This document shows, piece after piece, positions 1-8,185 of a stretch of 64,000 bases of DNA. Source of the DNA: Phycisphaeraceae bacterium (GTDB lineage: Bacteria; Planctomycetota; Phycisphaerae; Phycisphaerales; Phycisphaeraceae); the NCBI GenBank assembly GCA_963674705.1, contig OY771506.1, forward strand, positions 4,011,453 to 4,075,452, read 5' to 3'. The position numbers and the translations under genes were made by a program. Within the stretch, counting starts at the first letter, position 1, and every line of letters starts with the position of its first letter. The notes under the pieces were generated by a model, which did no database searches, had not been told where the DNA came from, and was given only the letters and a program-made list of their open reading frames with translations.

Positions 1-1407
1 GCCATTGTCGATGAGTTGCTGACGGATGGCGTCCGCGCCAGCGTAGTCTTTGCTCGCGCGGGCGGCGTCGAGTTGTTGGCAGAGTGCATCGGCATCGAGG
101 GTGTCGGCGTTTGCTGATGGGTCTATATCCAACACGCCCAGCACTTGATCGATGCGTTTGAGGAAGCCGGGCAGTTCATCGTCTTCCTTTTTCATGCGTT
201 CAAAGACCATACCCAGCGCGCCGGCGATGTTCAGGTCGTCGGCAAGGAATTCGATAAACGCCTGGATATCCGGGTGGTCGGTCGGCAGTGGTTCGCCATC
301 AACAGCAGCGGCTTCACGCATCCGGCGAACGGCGCTGGCAGAATCGGTCAGGCCCTTCGCGGTGAAGTTCATGTTGGAGCGGTAGTGGGCCTTGATCATT
401 TCGTAGCGCAGGACGGCCGGGTCGACCTCGCGGCCGGTGGCTTTGCCTTCCAGCACATCGCGGACGGTGAAGAAGTTGCCCTTGGATTTGGACATCTTCT
501 CACCCTCAACCATGAGGAATCTTGCGTGCATCCAAAAGCGGGCGAAGTGGTCTTTGCCGGTCGCGCCGCAGGACTGGGCGATTTCGCATTCATGGTGGGG
601 GAAGATGTTGTCTTCGCCGCCGGTGTGGATGTCGATGACCTCGCGGCCGAGCATCGCGCGTGCCATGGCGGAGCATTCGATGTGCCAGCCGGGGTAACCG
701 ACGCCCCAGGGTGAATCCCACTTCATCAGGTGCGACGCATCCGGCTTCCAGAGCAGGAAGTCGGCCGGGTGGCGTTTGCCTGCCTGGTGTTCATCCTGGA
801 TGCGGCCGCCCGCGCCGCCGCGCAGATGTTCGAGCGTGTTGCCCGAGAGCTTGCCGTACTCCGGGAAGCTCTGGACACTGAAGTAGACCGCGCCGTCGTT
901 GGCGATGTAGGCGTGATCCTTTTCGATGAGCGTTTTGATCATCGGGATCATGCTCTTTTCAACGTGCTCAGTTGCACGCGGCGTTTTAGCGGGAAATTCC
1001 AGCGCGACCTTCAGGCCGAGCTTTTTGCCATCCTCGATGAATGCTTTGGTGAAGAACTCCGCGACAGCGAAGGGGTCGTCCGGATTGTCGACCAGGGCGA
1101 CGCCTTGCTTCTTGGATTCCTTGAGCCGTTTGGCGGCGGCCTCCATCTTGTCCTCACCCCCGCCGTCGGCAAGCTGGTCTTCGGTCATGTGCCCGACATC
1201 AGTGATATTCATCACTTGCTGGACATCGAAGCCGGCCAGTTCGAGGAACCGTCGGAGCAGGTCGGCGAAGAGGAACGCGCGGAAGTTACCGATGTGGGCG
1301 TAGTCGTAGACGGTCGGCCCGCAGTTGTACATATACACCTTGCCGGGCTCGATCGGCTCGAAGGTTTGCGTCTGGTGGGTCAGCGTGTTGTAAAAGCGGA
1401 TATCCAT
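1..1407 (-). CDS. cysS: cysteine--tRNA ligase; the C-terminal end (about 15 codons) runs off the window start
   Basis: Reverse-strand translation from the ATG at 1407..1405 gives [54 protein letters not shown], with a HIGN class-I signature. KMSKS is encoded at 484-498 in the same frame. The frame reaches position 1 (..[11 protein letters not shown]). It is absent from the ORF track because there is no stop in the window. Confidence 0.9.
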   Translation of the reverse strand, partial: MDIRFYNTLTHQTQTFEPIEPGKVYMYNCGPTVYDYAHIGNFRAFLFADLLRRFLELAGFDVQQVMNITDVGHMTEDQLADGGGEDKMEAAAKRLKESKKQGVALVDNPDDPFAVAEFFTKAFIEDGKKLGLKVALEFPAKTPRATEHVEKSMIPMIKTLIEKDHAYIANDGAVYFSVQSFPEYGKLSGNTLEHLRGGAGGRIQDEHQAGKRHPADFLLWKPDASHLMKWDSPWGVGYPGWHIECSAMARAMLGREVIDIHTGGEDNIFPHHECEIAQSCGATGKDHFARFWMHARFLMVEGEKMSKSKGNFFTVRDVLEGKATGREVDPAVLRYEMIKAHYRSNMNFTAKGLTDSASAVRRMREAAAVDGEPLPTDHPDIQAFIEFLADDLNIAGALGMVFERMKKEDDELPGFLKRIDQVLGVLDIDPSANADTLDADALCQQLDAARASKDYAGADAIRQQLIDNG

Positions 1408-1639
1408 GAGCGGGAAAGTGTAGCCAGCGAACGGGCTTATCGCGAGTCCGATTGATGTTGAATGCTGTGATCCTGAGCGAAACTGGCGCCTCCGGCGAAT
1501 CATTTCTCAAAAAGAAACCTCTGGCCAGTAGCTTGCCGGTGATCTGATAAAGATCGTATTTAGCCTAAATACTAAGTTCGTGCCTCGTTCACAACTGGAC
1601 CAGAGTGGGGTGATATTCTTGGCCTTTTTCAGCGGCTAT

Positions 1640-2917
1640 TTATTCAGCGGCGGTTTTTTCGGACGGCTGGGTCTTGACCTCGACACGCACGACGCGGGTG
1701 CGTTCGGCCTCGGTGACCTTGAAACAGATCCCCTCGTACTCGAACGTTTCCCCGGCCTTGGGGATGTGCCCCAGCGTGGCGAAGACGAAGCCGCCGACGG
1801 TGTCGTAGTCTTCATCTTCAGGTAGTTCGACGTCCAGTTCGTCGTTGAGGTCGTCGATCTCAACCCGGGCATCGACGTGCAGCGTCTCGGAATCGATGCG
1901 CTCGATCTGCGGGAAATCGTCTGTCACTTCGTATTCGTCCTGAATCTCGCCGACCAGTTCTTCGAGGATGTCTTCGATAGTGACCAGCCCCGCCGTTCCG
2001 CCGTACTCATCGAGCACCAGGGCGATGTGGATCTTCTTGGCTTTGAATTCCGCGAGTAGTTCGCCGACGTTCTTACTCTCGGGGACCATCATCGCCTCAC
2101 GCAGGACGCTGCGGAGGTCGAAGTCCTCACCGTCGCCGACGAATTTGATCATGTCCTTGGCGTAGAGGATGCCGACGATGTTGTCGATCGTTTCTTCGTA
2201 GACGGGGATTCGGCTGTGCCCGTGCTGGAGGATCGTATCCTTGATCTGTTCGAGCGATGCGTTGACTTCGAGGCCTTTGACATCCGTGCGCGGTGTCATG
2301 ACCTGCTCAGCCTCGGTATCGGAGAGGTCGAAGACCGCCTCGATCATTTCCTTCTGGGCTTCGTCGACTTCTGCGCCGTCCTCGTGCTGTTCCACCATGG
2401 ACAGGACTTCATCGGACAAATCATCATCGTCCTCGTTCAGGTCGATGCCGGAGATTCGGCGGATGATCGGATCGAACAGGTGCAAGGACCAGACGATCGG
2501 TCGGAACACGAAGAGCATCACGTTCAGCAGCGGCATGGAAAGCGCGACCAGACTTTCGCGCTGATATCGCGCCCAACTGACCGGGATCGCAACCGCGAAG
2601 ATGCTGAGCAGGACACCTGCGATCAGGAACGTGACCAGGTAGATCATCAGCAGGGGCCACTGGCCGTCGAGTTTTTCTTCAATGCGATAGAGGATCGCGA
2701 ATGTGACGACCAGGTTCAGCACCGCCCGGAGCGTGCCTGTCATCAACAGCAACATGGGCTGACGCTGGATAAACCTGTCCAACTGTATGGGGTCATAACC
2801 CGCCCCCAACCGGTCAGCCAGCCGTTTGCGTGACAGGGTTTTCAGAACGATATTGCAGGTCGAGAAGTAACAGACCAGCAGACTTCCGATGATGGCGATC
2901 ACGATCGCGTAACTCAC
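1640..2917 (-). CDS. hemolysin-family membrane protein (DUF21 TM region, CBS pair and CorC_HlyC domain; putative Mg/Co efflux-type)
   Basis: 425 aa. The N-terminal half is hydrophobic. A CBS-pair-like region (VMTPRTDV..IPVY..IVGILYAKD) and a C-terminal CorC/HlyC-like region (DTVGGFVFATLGHIPKAGETFEYEG) follow. It lies downstream of ybeY, as in ybeY-ybeX synteny. Confidence 0.85.
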   Translation of the reverse strand: MSYAIVIAIIGSLLVCYFSTCNIVLKTLSRKRLADRLGAGYDPIQLDRFIQRQPMLLLMTGTLRAVLNLVVTFAILYRIEEKLDGQWPLLMIYLVTFLIAGVLLSIFAVAIPVSWARYQRESLVALSMPLLNVMLFVFRPIVWSLHLFDPIIRRISGIDLNEDDDDLSDEVLSMVEQHEDGAEVDEAQKEMIEAVFDLSDTEAEQVMTPRTDVKGLEVNASLEQIKDTILQHGHSRIPVYEETIDNIVGILYAKDMIKFVGDGEDFDLRSVLREAMMVPESKNVGELLAEFKAKKIHIALVLDEYGGTAGLVTIEDILEELVGEIQDEYEVTDDFPQIERIDSETLHVDARVEIDDLNDELDVELPEDEDYDTVGGFVFATLGHIPKAGETFEYEGICFKVTEAERTRVVRVEVKTQPSEKTAAE

Positions 2918-3012
2918 TGACTTAGGCCCGTCCCCTGGTCTGATCCATCGATCGGATCACTCATCCAAGCCTCGCCGCATCAGGGGGAACACAGCGGGGC
3001 TTACGGTTAATA

Positions 3013-3597
3013 TTACGGCTCACCAAACACGGGGCCGAACCCCGCCCTGGTCAGTAATTCATTTTCACGTTGGTGCATCTTCCGGTAATCGTCCAGCTCG
3101 TGGTCGTCCTCACCGAGCAGGTGCAGCAGGCCGTGCACCGCATAGAGCAGAAGCTCCAACCGGGTGTCATGCCCGCGCTCGGCAGCCTGGCGTGCTGCGA
3201 CATCCATGCACAGGACGATATCTCCCTCGACTGACTGGCCAACCGCAGGGGGCTTCTGGTCGTCCCGCAGGTCGAATGTCAGCACGTCCGTTGTGCCGGG
3301 GATGTTGCAGTACTGTTGGTGCAACTCGGCCATCTGCTCATCGTCCACAACAGCCAGATTGATACAGCCCCCGGCGACACCTGCCAAGGCGGCGACGCGC
3401 GTAAACTCATGGGTTAACCAGTTTTCGGCTGGAGGATCGCAATCGTCGGTCTGCAGGTCCAGGGTCACGATCAAGCCGTGACCCCTGGCCGGGTCCGGGT
3501 CATCGGGCTCTCGTCCCGGCGACACAGCCACCTCTCCTGCATGCTCATCAGCAGAAGGGGCTGCCTCGGATTGTGAAGATGTCAGGGATCGGATCAC
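3013..3597 (-). CDS. ybeY: endoribonuclease YbeY (rRNA maturation factor)
   Basis: The C-terminal zinc motif is HGLLHLLGEDDHE, and the gene sits immediately upstream of the CorC-type gene. A Pro/Asp-rich N-terminal stretch of about 45 aa makes the true start uncertain. Confidence 0.85.
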   Translation of the reverse strand: MIRSLTSSQSEAAPSADEHAGEVAVSPGREPDDPDPARGHGLIVTLDLQTDDCDPPAENWLTHEFTRVAALAGVAGGCINLAVVDDEQMAELHQQYCNIPGTTDVLTFDLRDDQKPPAVGQSVEGDIVLCMDVAARQAAERGHDTRLELLLYAVHGLLHLLGEDDHELDDYRKMHQRENELLTRAGFGPVFGEP

Positions 3598-3903
3598 GGT
3601 GGTTTGTTTCTCAGGCCGCCCGGTCTGACAAGACCCGGCAAGTCATTCAAGCCGCCTCATATCATAGCCCAATCGGGCTTTGGGGCCAATAATCCACATT
3701 TTCGGGGGGCCGGGATTTTACATCGGCAGGATCAGTGTGGAGTACCGAATTTCTAGTCGCAATTGGGAAAAAAAGAGACACGATATAGGCACAGAAGACA
3801 TAGCTGACGCTATACTGCGGGGCTCCGCTGGTGTTGGGGAGTGGGGGGATGGGGGATTCTCTTTTGAAGATCGATTAACAAGGCTTTGCCGGAATTGGAG
3901 TAG

Positions 3904-4974
3904 ATGATGGCGGACTGGTTTGAGCAGTTGGATCTGGCGGCGAAGGCGCAGCAGCGGCCGACGCATCGGGTCGTGGCGGGTGACGGGATGCTGCTTCTGA
4001 CCGAGGTGGGGGCCCGGATCATGGCGTGCGAGCTGCCGGGTGTTGAGGGGAACCTGTTTTTCAACCACCCGACGATGCTCGAACCGGACAAGACGGATAA
4101 GCCGTTCGGCGGGGATCGGCTTTGGATCGCACCGGAGGTGGGTTGGTACTGGCCGAGCCTGGAACTGGCGAGGGAGGACCCGGGCAAGAACGCGGCGACG
4201 CCGCCACAGATCGATCCGGGCAATTACACGACGGATAGTGCGTCGCCTGCGCATGTGCAGCTATCCAACCGGTTCCGAGTCAATGATGTGCGGGATGGTA
4301 AGGCGATCGAACTGGCGGTGTCACGGCAGGTGCGTGCGGTCAGTGCGCCGAGCGGATTGCCGGGCGATCTGATGTGTGCCAGTTTCGCGATAACGAATAT
4401 TCTTGTCCTGCGTGACGGCGATGAGGGTGCGGTGGCGTGCGTGTGGGATATTTTACAGGTCCCGCCGACGGGGACACTGATCTGCCCGACGACGGCGCCT
4501 GCGAAGCAAGTTGAAGAGCCGACGAGTTATTACGATCCGTTCGGTGAGAAGCATGTCGAGTGCGATGATCGCGCGGTTCGTTTCCTGATCGACAGCGACC
4601 GCATGATCAAGATGGGCTTGAAGGCGGAGCATACCACGGGGCGGATGGGGTATTACCGCAAGCTGGATAATGGGATGTCGACGTTGATCGTGCGTGTGTT
4701 CGGTCCTCAGCCGGGCGAGCCTTATCCGGATATTCCCCGAAGTGCAGATATCGATCAGCGGTTGGGCGGCGATGCATTGCAGGCGTACAACCACGGCGAA
4801 TGCGGGCCCGGCGGCTTCGGTGAGATGGAATATCACGACCCGGCGGTGATCGTCGGCAACGGCCCGACCTCGCGAACCGGCAGCAGTGTGACGCACGTGC
4901 TGGCTGGGCCTGACCGCTCGATCCGCATGTTCGGCCAGCGTTTGCTTGGCGTGCCGATCCAGTCGATCGATTGA
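3904..4974 (+). CDS. hypothetical protein (weak resemblance to aldose-epimerase-like / DUF4380-type beta-sandwich proteins)
   Basis: 356-aa ORF with plausible composition. The GGDRLWIAPE stretch recalls DUF4380-type proteins, but that is from memory only. The competing antisense ORFs are Arg/Pro-rich shadows. Confidence 0.6.
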   Translation: MMADWFEQLDLAAKAQQRPTHRVVAGDGMLLLTEVGARIMACELPGVEGNLFFNHPTMLEPDKTDKPFGGDRLWIAPEVGWYWPSLELAREDPGKNAATPPQIDPGNYTTDSASPAHVQLSNRFRVNDVRDGKAIELAVSRQVRAVSAPSGLPGDLMCASFAITNILVLRDGDEGAVACVWDILQVPPTGTLICPTTAPAKQVEEPTSYYDPFGEKHVECDDRAVRFLIDSDRMIKMGLKAEHTTGRMGYYRKLDNGMSTLIVRVFGPQPGEPYPDIPRSADIDQRLGGDALQAYNHGECGPGGFGEMEYHDPAVIVGNGPTSRTGSSVTHVLAGPDRSIRMFGQRLLGVPIQSID

Positions 4975-5070
4975 GTGATGACAAACTGTTATAGAATCAA
5001 TTGAGACGTGCGGTGGCAGTGCCATTAACAGTGTCGCGATGATTGCGTAGTAGGACTAAGATACGCAACT

Positions 5071-6309
5071 ATGACACGCATTAACGACAACTTTCTGAAG
5101 CTTAAGGCCGGTTATCTGTTTCCTGAGATCGGGCGGCGCGTTCGCGCGTATGTTCATGACAATCCCGATGCGAAGGTGATCAAACTGGGCATCGGCGACG
5201 TGACCGAGCCGCTGCCAGAAGCTTGTCGAACAGCCATGATCAAGGCTGTGAACGAGATGGGTAAGCGTGAGACGTTCCGCGGGTATATGGACACCAGCCA
5301 GGGGTATGACTGGTTGCTGGAAGCGATCGCGGCGGAAGACTACAAAGGGCGCGGCTGCGAGATCGCACCCGATGAGATCTTTGTTTCCGACGGCTCAAAG
5401 AGTGACTGTGCGAACATCCTCGACATCTTCGGCCGCGACAACACGATCGCGGTGACGGACCCGGTGTATCCGGTGTATGTCGATACCAACGTGATGGCGG
5501 GCAACACGGGTGCGGCCGACGCAAAAGGCGAATACGACGGCTTGATTTACATGCGAGCCGACGAATCGAACGGATTCGTTCCGGATGTGCCGCAGCAAAA
5601 GGTCGACCTGATCTATCTGTGTTATCCGAACAACCCGACCGGCTCGGTTGCTGAAAAGGAAATGCTCAAAAGGTGGGTGGATTACGCGAACGAAAACGGG
5701 AGCATTATCCTGTTCGACGCGGCCTACGAAGCGTTTATCAAGAACCCGATGCTGCCGCACTCGATCTTTGAGGTGCCGGGCGCGCGGACATGTGCGATCG
5801 AGTTCCGCAGCTTCTCGAAGAACGCGGGCTTCACGGGCACGCGCTGTGCGTTCACGGTGATCCCGAAGGAACTGGTCGGCAAGACCGCTGACGGGAAGGA
5901 TCAGCCGATCCATCCGCTATGGGCGCGTCGACAGAACACGAAGTTCAACGGCGTCTCCTACATCGTGCAGCGCGGCGCGGAGGCGGTGTATTCCGAAGCA
6001 GGCAAAGAGCAGGTGGCTGCGCTGATCGGTTTCTACATGGAAAACGCACGCATCATCCGCGAAGCGCTCGAAGCGGCGGGTATGAAAGTCTTCGGCGGTG
6101 AGAACGCGCCGTATGTCTGGATCAAGACCCCGGCCGGGAAGACAAGCTGGGAGTTCTTCGACATGTTGCTGAACGAAACACACATCGTCGGCACCCCCGG
6201 AAGCGGTTTCGGCACGGCAGGTGAAGGATATTTACGCTTGAGCGCGTTTAACAGTCGCGAGAATGTAGAGCAGGCGATGCAGCGCATCGGCGCGGCGCTG
6301 GCGGTGTGA
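5071..6309 (+). CDS. dapL: LL-diaminopimelate aminotransferase
   Basis: The N-terminus [24 protein letters not shown] is characteristic of DapL. It has a class-I aminotransferase layout ([13 protein letters not shown] with the PLP lysine) and is 412 aa. Confidence 0.9.
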   Translation: MTRINDNFLKLKAGYLFPEIGRRVRAYVHDNPDAKVIKLGIGDVTEPLPEACRTAMIKAVNEMGKRETFRGYMDTSQGYDWLLEAIAAEDYKGRGCEIAPDEIFVSDGSKSDCANILDIFGRDNTIAVTDPVYPVYVDTNVMAGNTGAADAKGEYDGLIYMRADESNGFVPDVPQQKVDLIYLCYPNNPTGSVAEKEMLKRWVDYANENGSIILFDAAYEAFIKNPMLPHSIFEVPGARTCAIEFRSFSKNAGFTGTRCAFTVIPKELVGKTADGKDQPIHPLWARRQNTKFNGVSYIVQRGAEAVYSEAGKEQVAALIGFYMENARIIREALEAAGMKVFGGENAPYVWIKTPAGKTSWEFFDMLLNETHIVGTPGSGFGTAGEGYLRLSAFNSRENVEQAMQRIGAALAV

Positions 6310-6324
6310 GAAGTAGAAACTTAA

Positions 6325-6448
6325 CTCCTTCTCCCCTCGGGAGAGGGCCGGGGTGAGGGCCAGAGTTATTTGTTGATCGGTTTATTCATTGATCACAAAA
6401 TCCACCCGGCCCTCATCCTAACCTTCTCCCGCGGGGAGAAGGGACCGG
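6325..6448. repeat. inverted pair of GC-rich palindromic units (CTTCTCCCC..GGGAGA..GGTGAGGGCC type) around an AT-rich 46-nt spacer
   Basis: The left arm at 6325-6361 and right arm at 6408-6448 are imperfect reverse complements. Each arm contains its own hairpin: tctccc-ctc-gggaga on the left and ccttctccc-gcg-gggagaagg on the right. The element lies between the dapL stop and the next gene. Confidence 0.8.
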
Positions 6449-6498
6449 AACTGAGCGATTAGTGTTAATGTAGTTTTTTGAATCTTTAGTACCCAACC

Positions 6499-6972
6499 AT
6501 GAGTGAAGAACTATTACGGAAGGCGGCCGAACTCCTGGGCGAATGCCGGACGGCCAGCCTGGCGACGACCGACCCCGAAGGCAACCCGCACGCGGCGAAT
6601 ATCCAGTACGTCCACGACGACAAGCTGCGGCTCTATTACATCTCCGGCAAAGACTCGGCACACAGCCAACACCTGTCGGCCAACCCGAACGTCGCGGTGA
6701 CGATCTACCACCACGACGATGCCGAATCCAAAACCATCCGCGGTTTGCAGATCCATGCGATTGCGGAACTTGTCAAGGATCGTGCGGAAAATCGCGAAGT
6801 CGAAAAGCTCTACAAAGAGCGCTACCCGTACGTCAAAAAAAGCCCGGTGCTCTTAGCCGCAATCAAGCTACAGGGGTTTTACCGCCTGACGCCGACGTGG
6901 CTGCGGATGGTGGATAACCGCAAGAAGTTCGGGTGGAAGGAAGAAGTCAATTTAGCCGCAAATGAACGCTAA
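6499..6972 (+). CDS. pyridoxamine 5-prime-phosphate oxidase family (FMN-binding split-barrel) protein
   Basis: 157 aa. The pattern CRTASLATTDPEGNPHAANIQYVHDD..LYYISGKDSAHSQHLSANPNVAVTIY is typical of PNPOx-like split-barrel proteins. Confidence 0.8.
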   Translation: MSEELLRKAAELLGECRTASLATTDPEGNPHAANIQYVHDDKLRLYYISGKDSAHSQHLSANPNVAVTIYHHDDAESKTIRGLQIHAIAELVKDRAENREVEKLYKERYPYVKKSPVLLAAIKLQGFYRLTPTWLRMVDNRKKFGWKEEVNLAANER

Positions 6973-7105
6973 TTAACGCGAATAAGGCGATCAGGAATTA
7001 GCCACAGATAAACACGGATGAACACAGATTGAGAATGCCTTGCTGCATTCTTCTTCTTATCCGTGTTAATCCGTGGCTAATAATTCGCGTCTATTAGCGT
7101 TCATT
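6961..7105. repeat. nested palindromic intergenic element (outer CGCGAAT-type arms, inner GCCACGGAT..AACACGGATAA arms) at a convergent gene junction
   Basis: Outer arms at 6961-6984 and 7081-7105 pair. Inner arms at 7001-7022 and 7058-7078 pair. A central small hairpin is agaatgc/gcattct. The element overlaps the stop of the + gene and abuts the stop of the - gene. Confidence 0.85.
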
Positions 7106-7110
7106 CGCGG

Positions 7111-7722
7111 CTAACCAATCAACTTCTTCGCGACAGCTTCCACGATCGTATCAGGTTCACTCATGCGGCCGGCACCTTCGGTGCGACAGGCTTGCCAGCC
7201 GGAGTCGGGGCCGATGAGTTGGATGCGGTCGAAGGCAACGAGCGTGGCGACGTTTTTCTCGACGAGTGGGTTTTCCCACATGTCGGCGTTCATCGCGGGG
7301 GCGAGCAGAAGCGGCGTGGTTTGCGGCAGGGCGCAGGCGGTCAGGCTGACGATGTCGTCGGTCAGGCCATGCGCGAGCTTGGCGATGATGTTAGCGGTGG
7401 CGGGGGCGATGAGCATGAGGTCTGCCCAGCGTGCAACGCCGACGTGCTGGCTGTCGGGGTGGTCATCCGCTTGCCAGATGCTCGTGAGGACGGGCTTGCT
7501 GGAGAGCGCCTGGAAGGTGGCGGGGCCGACGAAGTGGGTGGCGGCCTCGGTCATGAGCACACGAATATCCGCGCCCTGCTGGACGAGTCTGCTGACGACG
7601 GTGGCGACCTTGTAGCAGGCGATCCCGCCGGTTAGTGCGACGACGATGCGTTTACCGGATAACGGCCCGGGCACGGGGGAGCCGGGCGAGGAATCGGTGG
7701 ATGGGTCGTTGGGTGGGGCCAT
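7111..7722 (-). CDS. coaC: phosphopantothenoylcysteine decarboxylase-type flavoprotein (CoaC domain only)
   Basis: KRIVVALTGGIACYKVATVVSRLVQQGADIRVLMTEAA..PATANIIAKLAHGLTDD..PAMN..MW matches the HFCD/CoaC flavoprotein family. The protein ends at GRMSEPDTIVEAV, the usual CoaC/CoaB linker. The track ORF extends to 7860 but would overlap rpoZ, so I prefer the internal ATG at 7722. Confidence 0.8.
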   Translation of the reverse strand: MAPPNDPSTDSSPGSPVPGPLSGKRIVVALTGGIACYKVATVVSRLVQQGADIRVLMTEAATHFVGPATFQALSSKPVLTSIWQADDHPDSQHVGVARWADLMLIAPATANIIAKLAHGLTDDIVSLTACALPQTTPLLLAPAMNADMWENPLVEKNVATLVAFDRIQLIGPDSGWQACRTEGAGRMSEPDTIVEAVAKKLIG

Positions 7723-7780
7723 GCGAGACGGCTCCGGGGGAAGTTGAGCCGCGGCAGCTTCGCAGCCTACGGCTTTGGGA

Positions 7781-7999
7781 TTAATGTTCTTCGGCTTCGT
7801 GAGGCACTTCGAGTTCGTAGTTGATTTTGCCTTCGACGGCTTCCTGGACGGCGACTTCAAAGTCGGTGCGTCCGCCGCGCTCGACCAGCGGGCGGGCGCC
7901 TTCCATCAGCTCGCGGACGCGGTGCTGGATCAGGGCGGTGAACTTGAACCGGCCGCCGAGTTCGTGCACGATCTTGTCGTCTTTGAGGGCTTCGATCAT
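7781..7999 (-). CDS. rpoZ: DNA-directed RNA polymerase subunit omega
   Basis: 72 aa, MIEALKDDKIVHELGGRFKFTALIQHRVRELMEG, which is the RpoZ-like N-terminal helix pattern. It sits directly upstream of coaC, the classic rpoZ-coaBC neighbourhood. Confidence 0.8.
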   Translation of the reverse strand: MIEALKDDKIVHELGGRFKFTALIQHRVRELMEGARPLVERGGRTDFEVAVQEAVEGKINYELEVPHEAEEH

Positions 8000-8185
8000 C
8001 GGGTGGTAGCTCCGTTTGGGAGAGTTTGGGAGGCTTTGTCAGGTCGCTCGTTGCGTATACGTTCAGTCCCGGAGGCTGTTTACCGAGCCCTTGAGTATAT
8101 CCCGGGCATTTCGCGGAGACAAGTCGGAGGTTGCGGTGGGGCGGTTCGGCTTGCCGGGGGGCATGGGGCTGGTACCATTCGGCCC

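Noticed and set aside
7775-8185. 137-aa N-terminal extension of the pheT ORF from a TTG start
   Set aside because: It lies antisense to the well-supported rpoZ gene and has Gly/Arg/Ala-rich shadow composition. The canonical PheT N-terminus MKTSLAWLN starts at the ATG at 8186.
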